From an uncultured Gemmatimonadales bacterium (GTDB lineage: Bacteria; Gemmatimonadota; Gemmatimonadetes; Longimicrobiales; RSA9), in the NCBI GenBank assembly GCA_963798085.1, contig CAWCRS010000002.1, positions 352,001 to 416,000 of the forward strand: a stretch of DNA of 64,000 bases, in the 5' to 3' direction. The stretch's first letter is position 1; each line of letters opens with the position of its first letter. Under the pieces are notes generated by a model that ran no database searches, was not told the DNA's origin, and worked only from the letters and a program-made list of their open reading frames with translations. Shown piece after piece: positions 11,545-22,095 of the stretch. Position numbers and translations under genes: made by a program.

Positions 11545-12186
11545 CTACTGAAACTCGCGCCTGAACTCCTCGAGGCGCGTGCGGAGTTCCGCCACTTCGG
11601 CGCGTAACGCATCGACCGCCTGTTCGAGGGCTTCGACCCGATCCGTCTCCACGGGATCGACCCGACCGGCCTCGGTCGGGACTGTCTGCGGCTCGCCTGA
11701 CAGCAGGTGCGCATACCGCGTCTCCTTCTGCCCTGGCCGCCGCGGCAGTTCGCTGACAAGCGGTGTTGCCAACGTCATCAACGCCTGCAGTGTCACATCC
11801 ACCTGGGCGAGGTCCACGAACTCGAACAGCCGCGAGGATCGAGTCCGGATCTCGCCTGCGGTCTGGGGGCCTCGCACCATGAGCACGCACATGACGGCCA
11901 TCTCGGCCGGATGCAGGTGCATCGTCTCTTCCATCAAATGGCGATAACGCTTTGCTCGGGAGTCATTGCGGTACACCTCGCGGACGAGCGACCGCCGGGC
12001 AAGCGTCTTCAGGCTCTCCGACACGGCGGCATCGTCGGCCACGAGAACCGGGTCGCGGTTCGACGTCTGGTTGCACGCCGCCACCAGCGCGTTCAGGGTG
12101 AGCGGGTAGTTGTCGGGCGTCGTGACCTGCTTCTCCATGAGCGACCCGAGCACGCGCACTGCGATGACATCCAGGGGATCGTCCAT
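11545..12186 (-). CDS. yceH: YceH (DUF480) family protein
   Basis: RVLGSLMEKQVTTPDNYPLTLNALVAACNQTSNRDPV; RGPQTAGEIRTR; RYAHLLSG. Confidence 0.9.
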   Translation of the reverse strand: MDDPLDVIAVRVLGSLMEKQVTTPDNYPLTLNALVAACNQTSNRDPVLVADDAAVSESLKTLARRSLVREVYRNDSRAKRYRHLMEETMHLHPAEMAVMCVLMVRGPQTAGEIRTRSSRLFEFVDLAQVDVTLQALMTLATPLVSELPRRPGQKETRYAHLLSGEPQTVPTEAGRVDPVETDRVEALEQAVDALRAEVAELRTRLEEFRREFQ

Positions 12187-12400
12187 CTGTCCGCAATGAA
12201 GGGGTCCGACTCACCAGCCTTTCCCTGAAGCTACCTGCCGAGGGGAGCCCGGGACAGCGGCGCGCGCTGGACCAGAATGCAGCCGGAATCCGGGCGCATG
12301 GAACCAATGGGCGGCCCATGCTCCGGTGATCCGCGACCGGCTCCGCGCGTGAGAGCCAGGCAGCGTCGATCCGAGCCGGTCAGAGGAGCGCAACCATGTG

Positions 12401-13163
12401 TTAGGAGAAGGCTGGCTCGCGCCTGTCGATTCGCGACGGGTGGATCATTTCGGGGAGGCCGGACGCCAGCTGGCGTATTCCTGGCGAGTGTCTTCCTGCG
12501 TCACGCGCTGCCGCCGGGGACCGTCGATGCGGGCAACCCAGAGGTCTGTATTCGGGGCGGAGTGTGCGCCAGTTGCGCCGGTGATCACCAGCCACGCGCC
12601 ACTCGGGGACCAGCGCGGGCGCCGTTCATCGGGTACGCCGTTCGGGATCTGTCGCAGGTTGGCGCCGCTCGCGTCGCAAATGAAATGGCATGTCATCCAG
12701 CGCATCGTTGCGGGTTATGGGATGGGGTCGCGCTCCATCCCCATCCATGATGTAGATGTCGCGGTCCCCATCACGGCTGAGACGAATGTGATGCGTCCTT
12801 CGGGACCCGCGGACGGGTTCATGTCCCGGCTCGGATGGCGCGTCAGGTTCTGCAGTGACGATCCATCCGCCTTCATGACGTACACGTCCCAGTTGCCGCC
12901 GCGGTCCGGGTAGAACAGGATTTCCTTGCCATCGCGGGTCCAGCTCGGCACATAGTCAAGGCCCGGGATGGCGCGACAATGGTTGTTCTGCCGGTGCTGA
13001 ACGCGTGGCGAGCGATTTCGAAATCGCCTGCTGCCTGCGTGACAAAGACGACTTCTCCGGTTGGTCTGCTCTCCTGCACCGGCGCGTTTGTGCAGCCCGC
13101 CAGCGCGGTTCCAAAGCAAGCCGCAACGGCAACTGGACATCGACTCCGAAGACGCTGCCGCAT
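12401..13163 (-). pseudogene. TolB-like PD40-repeat lipoprotein, multiply frameshifted
   Basis: PD40 motifs split over several frames: PSWTRDGKEILFYPDRGGNWDVYVMKADGS, PRWSPSGAWLV; lipobox ALAGC. Confidence 0.7.
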
Positions 13164-13335
13164 GACGACTCCGTCGTGGGTCGGGACCTGTTACTCCGCC
13201 TGGCCTCCCCTGCCCTTTTCAACGGGCTGTGAATTCGCCTTCAGAGCGTTCGCGTGCCAGCCAGCATGCGCCGGACGTCTCAGTTGCTCACGTGCCGGCG
13301 TCGACGGAACCGGGCGGACCCGCGTCGGGCAGGCA

Positions 13336-14310
13336 TCACTGCTTGCCGGCGGTCACCATCGCCGGACCCACATCACGCTTTACGGGCGGCACACTCTTCA
13401 GATAGCGGTAGATCGCGCGCAGATCTTCCTCGGCCAGGCGTGAGAACGCCTGCCACGGCATGGGCGAGCCCGCGATGATGCGGCCCTGCCGGAAGCGCAG
13501 GACGAACTGGTCCTCCGTCATCTTGCCCAAACGCCCTGTTTCCGGATCGCTCGTGATGTTGGGCGGCGACCATGAATGCGCCGGATCGTCGGATTCCGTG
13601 AACCCCGTGGCGCCACCGAAGCGCGGGCCGATGAGCGCGCCGGTCTGCTGACTGCGCTGCGTGTGGCAGGCCCAGCACAGCGCGACCGACTCGACCAGAT
13701 AGCGTCCTGACTCCAGTGTCGCACCGCGCGGCGCGCTGGCCGGCGGCTGCGAGGATGGGCCGACCGGCTTCGCCAGCAGTGTCGCCCGCAGCACTTTGCC
13801 GAGCAGCGTGTAGTGATGCGGCGGCACTGGATTGCGGACGGGCGGCAGTGTGCGCAGGTAGGACACGACCGCCTCGAGATCATCGTCGGAGAGACCCTGC
13901 ATCTCCATGAACGGCAGCAGCGCGCGGCCGTCATGACCCACGCCGTAGCGCAGCGCCCGCGCGATGGCGCGATCGGAAACCGCGCCCAGACCCGTGGCGC
14001 TGTCCGGCGTGAGGTTGCGTGCGTAGAACGTGCCCGGCGGAATGGCGAAGAAGAAGCCGCCGCTCAGCGGCACGTCCTCGCCTTTCATGTTGGCCTCACG
14101 CTGCGCCGGATCGCCGTGGCAGGAGGCGCAGGGAGCGACATCGCGCACAATGTAGCGCCCTCGGCCGATGATGGCGGAGTCTTTCAATGCGCTGACGTCG
14201 GGATACGGCGCATCGAACGTGAGGTGCTGGCGCGTGGCAACGAAGATCGCGCCACACACAATGACCAGAGCGAGCACGCCGCCGATCCCCAGCAGCAGCT
14301 TGCGCAGCAT
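13336..14310 (-). CDS. diheme cytochrome c
   Basis: two CxxCH motifs (CASCH, CWACH); NLTPD/NITSD repeats; N-terminal TM segment. Confidence 0.85.
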   Translation of the reverse strand: MLRKLLLGIGGVLALVIVCGAIFVATRQHLTFDAPYPDVSALKDSAIIGRGRYIVRDVAPCASCHGDPAQREANMKGEDVPLSGGFFFAIPPGTFYARNLTPDSATGLGAVSDRAIARALRYGVGHDGRALLPFMEMQGLSDDDLEAVVSYLRTLPPVRNPVPPHHYTLLGKVLRATLLAKPVGPSSQPPASAPRGATLESGRYLVESVALCWACHTQRSQQTGALIGPRFGGATGFTESDDPAHSWSPPNITSDPETGRLGKMTEDQFVLRFRQGRIIAGSPMPWQAFSRLAEEDLRAIYRYLKSVPPVKRDVGPAMVTAGKQ

Positions 14311-14807
14311 GAACCAACCTCCGCGAGAGGGGCAGGATACGACTAACGCCGGATTTCGACCGATCGGGCCGTGCCCCGGCAGGCGTGAGCCGGACGCAAT
14401 GTTACGCGGACCCGTCGGGGGCGTCAACAGCGGCGGCGCTGCTCTGACGGCGCCTCCTGAACGATCCGGTGACAAGGCGTTGGGCGACCCTGACCCGTCC
14501 CCACGATCCTTCGGGTGAACCCGGGCGCCCGCTAATCGACATTGCTGTCCGGAGAGTCGTGGATGGACTTGCTGGCGGCGCTCGGAAACGCCTGGATGCG
14601 GTAGAACGTCACGTTGGCAACACCGCCCCACTGCTGCAGATGCTTCTCGAGCGGATCGGGAATCTGATCAAGGTACGGGTACCGACCCGGACCGTCGGGG
14701 GCAGCGGTTCGTCCGTACTGACCAGGCCGATGCGGACCCCGACATCGGTTGACTCTGACCTTCGGGCGGCGGAATCTTCCGGCGCAGTGACCCGCAAGGA
14801 GAGTGCA

Positions 14808-16034
14808 ATGCATCACGGGTTGCGTTCACTGACGCGTGTGCTGGCGGCCGTTGCCAGCTTCTGGCCGTGCGCCGCGATCGCGCAGCAGACATCAGCGGAG
14901 ACGACAACCGTCATTCATGCGGCCACCGTGCTGGACGGTGTGGGCGGCTCGCTGCACAACGCCTGGCTCGTCGTGCGCGGCGGCCGTATCGAGCGGGTGG
15001 CGACATCGTCCCCTGACGCGCCCGGCGCGGCCCGCATCGAGCTCGGCAACGCCACGCTGCTGCCCGGTCTGATCGATGCACACACGCATCCGGGCTGGTA
15101 TGTGGATCGCAACGGCAAGCGAAACTCGCCGCGCAACGGCGACACGCCGGCGCAGGCCGCGCTCGCCCGTGCGGGCAACCTCTACGCTACGCTGATGGCC
15201 GGGTTCACGACGATTCAGAGCGTCGGCGGTCCGGAGGACATCGACCTGCGCAATGCGATCGCGCGTGGCGAGATCCCGGGACCACGCCTGCTCACCTCCG
15301 TCACGCAGCTGAGCGACACGCGCGTCCCGCCCGATTCCTTCCGGGTCATGGTGCGCGGGCTCGCGGCGAGCGGCGCCGATCTCATCAAGCTGTTCGCGTC
15401 CTCGGGACTCGGGGCGGGCGGCGCACGCACATTGTCCGATGCGCAGCTCAATGCCATCTGCTCGGAGGCGAAGTCGCTCGGGCTGCGCACACTCGTGCAC
15501 GCCATCAGCGCCGAGAGCGTGCGCGCCGCCACGCTGGCCGGTTGCACGCAGATCGAACACGGCACCTTCGCGACGGATGCGGAACTTCAGTTGATGGCGC
15601 AACACGGCACGATCTTCGACCCGCAGGTCTGTCTCGTCTTCCAGAACTACATCGATCATCCCGACGCGTACGGGTTCACCGACGCCACGTTGGAGCCGCT
15701 CAGGAATGCACTGCCGGTGGCGCGGGCAATGTTCGCGCGGGCACTGCACACACCCGGCCTGAAGATCGTGTTCGGTACCGATGCGGTCGCGCTTGCACAC
15801 GGGCGCAATGCGGAGGAGCTGCCATGTCGCGTGGGAGCCGGCCAGTCACCAATGCAGGCGATCGTGTCGGCGACATCCGCTGCGGCCGAAGCACTCGGTA
15901 TGGGCGACCGGCTCGGTCGCGTGGCTCCGGGCTACGCAGCAGACCTGATCGCGACCGACGGCGATCCGTCGCAGGACATTGCGGCCGTGAAACGGATCGT
16001 CTTCGTAATGCGCGGCGGCGTGCGTTTTCGCTGA
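14808..16034 (+). CDS. amidohydrolase family (imidazolonepropionase-like) secreted protein
   Basis: LLPGLIDAHTH, IKLFAS, VHA, IEHG, FGTDA, GYAADLI; AAGGAG RBS. Confidence 0.85.
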   Translation: MHHGLRSLTRVLAAVASFWPCAAIAQQTSAETTTVIHAATVLDGVGGSLHNAWLVVRGGRIERVATSSPDAPGAARIELGNATLLPGLIDAHTHPGWYVDRNGKRNSPRNGDTPAQAALARAGNLYATLMAGFTTIQSVGGPEDIDLRNAIARGEIPGPRLLTSVTQLSDTRVPPDSFRVMVRGLAASGADLIKLFASSGLGAGGARTLSDAQLNAICSEAKSLGLRTLVHAISAESVRAATLAGCTQIEHGTFATDAELQLMAQHGTIFDPQVCLVFQNYIDHPDAYGFTDATLEPLRNALPVARAMFARALHTPGLKIVFGTDAVALAHGRNAEELPCRVGAGQSPMQAIVSATSAAAEALGMGDRLGRVAPGYAADLIATDGDPSQDIAAVKRIVFVMRGGVRFR

Positions 16035-16206
16035 CGCCAGCGGCGGATCCCCCACACGCCGAAGGGGCGGCCCGTCAGGTCGCCCCGAGCGGTGACCCGC
16101 CTACCGTGCGTGTGATTCGCCCGACTCAATGCGGAGTGCGTCCGCGATGCGGTGGTTGCCCGCACGATCGTGCGGCGTACGATCCTGCAAATCCCGGGCG
16201 TCCAGG

Positions 16207-16857
16207 TCAGCGCCATGCTCGCGCAGGAGACCGAATGATCTCGAGGTCCTCCACGAGCGTGCCTGCGGTGCCGCCGGCGCCGGTCGAGCGCGCGGCGAGG
16301 TGTAGCGGTGTGGACCCGCGTGTGCGCAAGCGGAGGTCCGTCCTGGCTCCGAGCTCCACCAGCTTGCGCACCGCCGCGGTGCCACGCGCGCGCACGGCGC
16401 GATGCAGCGGTGTCGCGCCGCCACGGTCGCGGTGGTTCAACTCCGCGCCCGCCTGGACGAGTGCGTCAATGATCGCGGCCTGAGCCTCGGGGTTCCAGAC
16501 GCCGCGCGTGCGCGGCCGCGCATCGCACGCATAGTGCAGAGCCGTTGCACCGCGCCGGTTCGTGGCGTTCGCGACCGCGCCGGATTCCAGCAGGATTGCG
16601 ACCGCCTCGAGCTGCAGTGCGGCGGCGGCCAGGTGCAACGGCGAGTCCCCCGAGTACAGCCAGTGCGGGATCGACGGAATCAGCACATCGCCTGACACAC
16701 GGTTAGCTGCAGCCGCCGGAGCAGACCGCAGGACTCGGCGCACCTCGCCGGGACCGGCCAGTACGGCCTCGAAGATCGCTTCCAGTACGATTCCCACCGC
16801 TGTCGACTCGCGTTTTCTCAGAATATCGAGATGCGGCTTGCGGCGAGGCAAACGCAT
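16207..16857 (-). CDS. ankyrin repeat protein
   Basis: GDSPLHLAAA, GATALHYAC, GATPLHRAV, GSTPLHLAA; start uncertain. Confidence 0.8.
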   Translation of the reverse strand: MRLPRRKPHLDILRKRESTAVGIVLEAIFEAVLAGPGEVRRVLRSAPAAAANRVSGDVLIPSIPHWLYSGDSPLHLAAAALQLEAVAILLESGAVANATNRRGATALHYACDARPRTRGVWNPEAQAAIIDALVQAGAELNHRDRGGATPLHRAVRARGTAAVRKLVELGARTDLRLRTRGSTPLHLAARSTGAGGTAGTLVEDLEIIRSPARAWR

Positions 16858-16927
16858 CGCATGTCCGGTCTGACACGGCTCGCCGCGACGATCCCGTTGT
16901 CCGGAGCCGATCCCATCACCTGATCGC

Positions 16928-17341
16928 TTACGACTGAGGCCGTCCGGCACGACCGCCGCCCGGTTTGACCGCCGCCTCGTACTCCGCTAACAGCCGCCTG
17001 GGTGCGACGCGCCGCCAGGCTTCGACCAGCAGTTCCTGCAGCTGCTCGCGGCTGACAGCTGACAGTCGAACCAGCACCCAGGGGTAGTCGCGATAGTGAT
17101 CCGTCAGGTAGAACACAGCGGGCATGGCTCGGAGCAGGTGTTCGCGCTCGATGAAGTCGGTGCGCACCACCAGCGTGTCAATGTCTTCCCGCAGTCGCGC
17201 GATGAGTTTGCCACGCACCTTCAGCGCGGCGGTTCCATACGACCGACCCTCTTCGACGCCCGGCAGGCTCCGGCCCATTTCGCTCACCGTTGCAAAAGTG
17301 ACGGCCGCACGTGCCCGCGCGCGAGGCTTCTTCGAGGTCAT
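16928..17341 (-). CDS. MmcQ/YjbR family protein
   Basis: LPGVEEGRSYGTAALKVRGK...TDHYRDYPWVLVRL...EAWR. Confidence 0.8.
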   Translation of the reverse strand: MTSKKPRARARAAVTFATVSEMGRSLPGVEEGRSYGTAALKVRGKLIARLREDIDTLVVRTDFIEREHLLRAMPAVFYLTDHYRDYPWVLVRLSAVSREQLQELLVEAWRRVAPRRLLAEYEAAVKPGGGRAGRPQS

Positions 17342-17461
17342 CCCGGACGCCTGCAGCGCAGGTCGACATTCGAAATCAGCCTGCTCCGGGAAACCAGCAA
17401 TGCCCGGGGGCGATTGTGAACGTCAGCCGACGCGTTTCGATCAGTTCGCAAGAGCGATCAC

Positions 17462-18163
17462 TCAGTTTGCGTGCAATGTGGCGGGCTCCGCCGCCAGCTG
17501 GAAATCGCAGTACTCGAAGCGGCCGTCGCGAAGCACACGTTCGCCGCGGACCACCGCAATGCGACTCTCGAGACACGGCCCGCCGGTCAGACAGGTGTGG
17601 AATTCACCGCGTTCGCCGCACGGATCCACGGACGCGGGCAGATCCTCGAGCAATGCGCGATCGAACCGGCGCCCCGCGAACTCCGCCGACAGCTGCGTCG
17701 TGTCCACGCAGGTGAGCCATGCCTCATGACCGGCGGCCACGAAGTCCCGCGCCAGCTCAGTCGTGTCGCGACCCCAGAGCGGCAGCAACGGCGTGTAGCC
17801 CAGAGCCTTTGCCTGCAGCTCGCGATACTCGCGCACATCCTCGAGGAACAGATCGCCGTACGCGACGTGCTCGACCGGGCCCAGTTCGCGCCGCGCCCGC
17901 TCCAGCGCATCGCCCCACGCCGCGTCGTAGGCCGAATTGCTCGAAGCCGCGGCCACAACCGCCTGGAACACTGGCAACCCGAGTCTCACCGCCTGCGCCT
18001 CGAGGATCGAGCGCCGGATGCCGTGCATACTCACGCGATCGTAATCCGCCGTCACCGTCGTCAGCAGACCGACAACCTCGAAGCCCGGGTCCGCGCGCAT
18101 TGCGGCGAGCGCCATGGTGCTGTCCTTGCCGCCGCTCCAGGCCAGCAGCACGGGTATGCTCAC
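17462..18163 (-). CDS. PP-loop ATPase, diphthamide-synthase-like domain
   Basis: AWSGGKDS PP-loop; YGDLFLEDVREYRE; DPCGERGEFHT. Confidence 0.85.
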   Translation of the reverse strand: MSIPVLLAWSGGKDSTMALAAMRADPGFEVVGLLTTVTADYDRVSMHGIRRSILEAQAVRLGLPVFQAVVAAASSNSAYDAAWGDALERARRELGPVEHVAYGDLFLEDVREYRELQAKALGYTPLLPLWGRDTTELARDFVAAGHEAWLTCVDTTQLSAEFAGRRFDRALLEDLPASVDPCGERGEFHTCLTGGPCLESRIAVVRGERVLRDGRFEYCDFQLAAEPATLHAN

Positions 18164-18258
18164 TCGTCTACCATCCGCTGTGATGACTGGCTGTTAGTGC
18201 GTTGGCGCCGCCGGGAGCCGCCCGCGTGCCGATCAGCAGCGGCAGCGCTGCCGGCGAG

Positions 18259-19194
18259 TCAGGCGCGGAAGACGTCCGTGCTCACGTAGCGCAGGCCCGA
18301 GTCGACCAGGATCGTGGCGACCGTCGCGTCCGGACCGAGGCGGGCCGCGAGTCGCAGTGCGGCGACGACGTTGGCGCCGCTGGACGTGCCCGCGAATATG
18401 CCTTCCTCTCTCGCCAGCGTCCTCGCCATGTCCTTCGCTTCCCGGGTCGCGACAGTCTGGATCTCGTCGACTTCAGCCGGCTTCCAGAGTGGCGGCACGA
18501 ACCCGATGCCGATGCCCTCGATCTGGTGCGAGCCCGAGGGCTGGCCCGAGAGCACCGCGGATTCGGCCGGCTCGACCGCGACCACGTGAAGGTGCGCATT
18601 GTGTTGCCGCAGCGCATGCGCAGTGCCGTGTATGGAATGCGCCGTGCTGACCGCGTGGACGAACGCGTTCACGCGGCCGTCCGCCTGCTGCCACAGTTCC
18701 TCGCCCAGCGGTGCGTAGCCGATCTCACCGTCGCGGTTGTTCAGCTGATCGCACCACCAGTGGCCCGGTTGGCGACTGATTTCGCCGGCCGTTGTGATCA
18801 TCTGCCTGATGAGCGATTCCGTAATCTTCCTGTTATCGCTGCGCACGTCGGTGATGGTGGCGCCATACGCACGCATGGTTGCCCGCTTTTCCTCACTGAA
18901 TGCATCGGAGAACACGAAATGCGCCTTGTAGCCGAGGGCCGCGCACACGAACGCCAGCGAGATGCCCGTCGTACCCGCGGTGTATTCCACGACTGTGCCG
19001 CCCTCGGGCAGCCGGCCATCGGCGGCCGCGTGCTCGACCAGTGCACGCGCCATGCGGTCCTTCATGCTTCCTGTCGGGTTCGCCGATTCCAGCTTGGCCA
19101 CGACGCGGGCCGAGCCGCTCGGCACGACTCGCCTGAGCTCGACGAGCGGCGTGTTGCCGATCGCATTGAGAACGCCGCTGCGTGTCTGGTTCAT
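18259..19194 (-). CDS. PLP-dependent cysteine synthase family protein
   Basis: IGNTPLVEL, KLESANPTGSMKDR, HQIEGIGIGFVP, GTSSGAN, DSGLRY. Confidence 0.9.
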   Translation of the reverse strand: MNQTRSGVLNAIGNTPLVELRRVVPSGSARVVAKLESANPTGSMKDRMARALVEHAAADGRLPEGGTVVEYTAGTTGISLAFVCAALGYKAHFVFSDAFSEEKRATMRAYGATITDVRSDNRKITESLIRQMITTAGEISRQPGHWWCDQLNNRDGEIGYAPLGEELWQQADGRVNAFVHAVSTAHSIHGTAHALRQHNAHLHVVAVEPAESAVLSGQPSGSHQIEGIGIGFVPPLWKPAEVDEIQTVATREAKDMARTLAREEGIFAGTSSGANVVAALRLAARLGPDATVATILVDSGLRYVSTDVFRA

Positions 19195-19457
19195 CCTCAC
19201 CCCGCTTCCTGGATCGTCGCAGTGTACGCCCGGCAGTGCGCGCAGGATCGAGCTACGTCGTCGGCCCATCACGAAAATGGTGTTGTCGAAAGGATCGTGC
19301 AGATCGAATGTGCCGCACCCCATGGTTCGTTCCGTGGCGGCCTCAGCACTTCGACCTTGCGGCTCCACTCCTGAACGTACGCATTGGCATCGTCGACTTC
19401 CAGCGAAACGCAGCCGCGCCGGCCATGTCTGGAAGGTCCGGCTCCCCGGCGTACGGG

Positions 19458-20213
19458 CTACTTGCGTCGGACCGCGGTGATCAGGGGCACTTCGCGTCCG
19501 GGCTGCCAGTCGCTGAGCTCCCACGCCTCCGCCCTCGCCTCGAAGCCGGCGCTGTGCATGGCGGCGAGGAATTCGTCCAGCGTGAAGACGCCCTGCGGAT
19601 GGCGATCCACTTCGACCCGCAGCTCGCTGCCCTCGCGAATCAGAAACACGAACACGGACTCGAACGCATGGTCCGAGGGATCGGCATCATGGTCGAACTC
19701 GATCACCGTCACCACCCGGCCGTCCGCGGCCACATGCGTGTCGATATCCACCCGGTCCGGAGAGATCCGTGACCGCAGCTCCTCGGGCAGCGCGATCATA
19801 AGGCCGCCCACCGCCAGATGCTCCGCCGCGGTCCGATACGCTTTCTCGAGTTCCTCCATCGATTGCATGTAGCTGATCGCGTCGTGCACGAGCACCGCAT
19901 CGAAGATGCGATCAAGACGCACGTCGCGGATGTCGCCTTCCAGATACTCCACCTCGGGGTTGATGCCGCGCGCCAGAGCCAGCATCGCCGCGCTGCGATC
20001 GACGCCGGTGACGCGATACGTCTGCTTGAGATGGTAGTCGATCGAACCACCACCGGAGCCAAGGTGCAGAATGCTGCCACCCGGCCCGACGCCGTGCCGC
20101 GCGAGACGGCGGCGGAAGGTGGCCGCTTCCTCCACGTAGTTGGCGGGCGGGCTGACAAACTGCCACAGCTCGCTCAGCTCGTTGTACAGCCTGGGTTCAC
20201 CCTGCAAATCCAT
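19458..20213 (-). CDS. class I SAM-dependent methyltransferase
   Basis: ILHLGSGGG, TGVDRSAAML, FDAVLVHDAISY. Confidence 0.85.
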   Translation of the reverse strand: MDLQGEPRLYNELSELWQFVSPPANYVEEAATFRRRLARHGVGPGGSILHLGSGGGSIDYHLKQTYRVTGVDRSAAMLALARGINPEVEYLEGDIRDVRLDRIFDAVLVHDAISYMQSMEELEKAYRTAAEHLAVGGLMIALPEELRSRISPDRVDIDTHVAADGRVVTVIEFDHDADPSDHAFESVFVFLIREGSELRVEVDRHPQGVFTLDEFLAAMHSAGFEARAEAWELSDWQPGREVPLITAVRRK

Positions 20214-20332
20214 AGCTCGGATGCAAATGAAATCCCCATGCTTGACAGCCAGTTCGAGACAGCAATGGAATGATTGCAGGAAGGACCCAGGGTCAGCTGC
20301 AACGCGCGGTACGGATCAGCCAGCGTCAGCCG

Positions 20333-20713
20333 CTAGGCGGCCTCTGAGAAGCAGAGGATGTTCCCATCCGGATCCAGCACGTAGAAATCAACAGCGCCCC
20401 AGGGCCGCTTCTCGAGGGGCTTGGCTATTGTGACGCCGCGGCCGACCAGCTCGTCATGCAGCTCGCGCACGCCTGAGACATTCAGGAAGGCGTCCGAATG
20501 CTCTTCCGACTTACGGTGAGCGCGTTCGGCTTCCAGCTTGATAGCACACTTGAGGTGGATCGAGGCTCCGTCTCGCGTGATGCCGGCGTAGAAATTGTCA
20601 TAGACAAAGTCGGTGGTGAAGCCGAGGCGATCCTCGTAGAACGCGATGGCGTCTTCGAGATTGCCGACCAGGAACTGGGGAGCAGCGCTGTTGATCACGT
20701 GCATGAGATCCAC
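20333..20713 (-). CDS. VOC/bleomycin-resistance family protein
   Basis: AIAFYEDRLGF...RPWGAVDFYVLDPDGNILCF. Confidence 0.85.
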   Translation of the reverse strand: MDLMHVINSAAPQFLVGNLEDAIAFYEDRLGFTTDFVYDNFYAGITRDGASIHLKCAIKLEAERAHRKSEEHSDAFLNVSGVRELHDELVGRGVTIAKPLEKRPWGAVDFYVLDPDGNILCFSEAA

Positions 20714-20811
20714 TCCGCCGAATCCTTCGGACGAGTCCTGACCTCTCCGATCACGGACCCGGATGTATGCTCGGTCCGTGTGCGACGCCGTGCCCTCTGC
20801 CCTTGCATCGG

Positions 20812-21774
20812 CTACGGATCCCGGAAGAGCACGCTGATGCTTTCGCGAGCGTGGATCCGTCGGATCGCCTCGGCAAAAAGGGGCGCAACCGAAACAATCT
20901 CAATGCGGTCGATCAGCGGCTCCGGCTGTGTCTCGACCGAATCGGTGATCAATACGGACGCGATCCTGCTGCGGGCGAGACGACTCATGGCTCCCGTCGC
21001 GAACACGCCATGCGACAAGGCCACATGCACTTCCCGTGCTCCTCGATCCAGGAGCTTCTCCGCCACTTCACACAGCGTACCGCCCGAGATTGAAAAGTCA
21101 TCAACGACCAGGGCGGTTTTGTCCATCACATCCCCTATGATCTCGAGCACCTCGGCATGCTCGGCATGGTCAACGCGCTCCTTGTCCGCAATGGCCAACG
21201 GCGCTCCCAGGGCCGTAGCAAATCGTCGAGCCTTCTTGGCGAAGCCTGCATCCGGCGAAACCACGACAGGACTCTTGAACGATTTGGCCCGGATTGCCTC
21301 GCAGAGAACCGGGAGGGCGTAGAGATCATCCACCGGCACACGAAAGAAGCCCTGGATCTGCGGAGCGTGCAAGTCCAGGGTCACAACTCGGTCGACGCCT
21401 GCTGCTTCGATTGCGTCGGCGCACACTCGAGCCCGGATCGACACGCGAGGCTCGTCCTTCTTGTCGCCCTTCGCGTAACTGAAGTAGGGGACGATCGCCG
21501 TGACCGATTCGGCACTGGCCCGCTTGAGCGCGTCGATCCAGAAGAGGAGCTCGACAAGATTGTCATTTACCGGGAAGGCGGTGGACTGAACAATGTAGAC
21601 GTGACGACCGCGGACATTCTCGTTGACGCGGACGAACAGGTTGCCTTCGGAGAAGCGTGTGACTTCACAGTCGCCGGGCGGAACGCGGAGGTGTTCGCAG
21701 ATCGCCTTCGTCAGCCGACGACTGCCGCTGCCGCCGAAGATTATCGGGTCATCAATGCCACACACGCTTGTCAC
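20812..21774 (-). CDS. prs: ribose-phosphate pyrophosphokinase
   Basis: FSEGN..V...ENVRG, PYFSYAKGDKK, DLHAPQIQGFF, VVSPDAG, VVDDFSISGGT. Confidence 0.9.
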   Translation of the reverse strand: MTSVCGIDDPIIFGGSGSRRLTKAICEHLRVPPGDCEVTRFSEGNLFVRVNENVRGRHVYIVQSTAFPVNDNLVELLFWIDALKRASAESVTAIVPYFSYAKGDKKDEPRVSIRARVCADAIEAAGVDRVVTLDLHAPQIQGFFRVPVDDLYALPVLCEAIRAKSFKSPVVVSPDAGFAKKARRFATALGAPLAIADKERVDHAEHAEVLEIIGDVMDKTALVVDDFSISGGTLCEVAEKLLDRGAREVHVALSHGVFATGAMSRLARSRIASVLITDSVETQPEPLIDRIEIVSVAPLFAEAIRRIHARESISVLFRDP

Positions 21775-21942
21775 TTGGATCGTGGAATCATGGTGGGCAA
21801 CCGGTCTGCCGGGAAATCTGCACGCACGACCCTCACAGCGTCAACGCTCACGGTGCGCGCTGCTCCTGATTCGCGCCTGGTCTCGAACACCGCATGCCTG
21901 GACGCTGTTGGTTTCCTGTTCGATCTCATTCCGCCGACCGTT

Positions 21943-22065
21943 GTCGGAGCAGCGACAGTGGTTGGGCACCGCTCCCTCCACAGATCCGGACGTACCGCGC
22001 TACCACATCCGGCTCCAGCTCGGGTCGTGACGGCAACACGACACGGCTCAGGATGAACCCATTTT
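21943..22065 (-). mobile_element. group II intron 3' remnant (end of maturase ORF, domains V and VI)
   Basis: - strand reads GAGCCGGATGTGGTAGCGCGGTACGTCCGGATCTGTGGAGGGAG...CTGCTCCGAC; closely similar to the 3' end of the intron at 30711. Confidence 0.7.
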
Positions 22066-22095
22066 GCTCGCAGAGCCTGATCGCGCGATCGGTCT

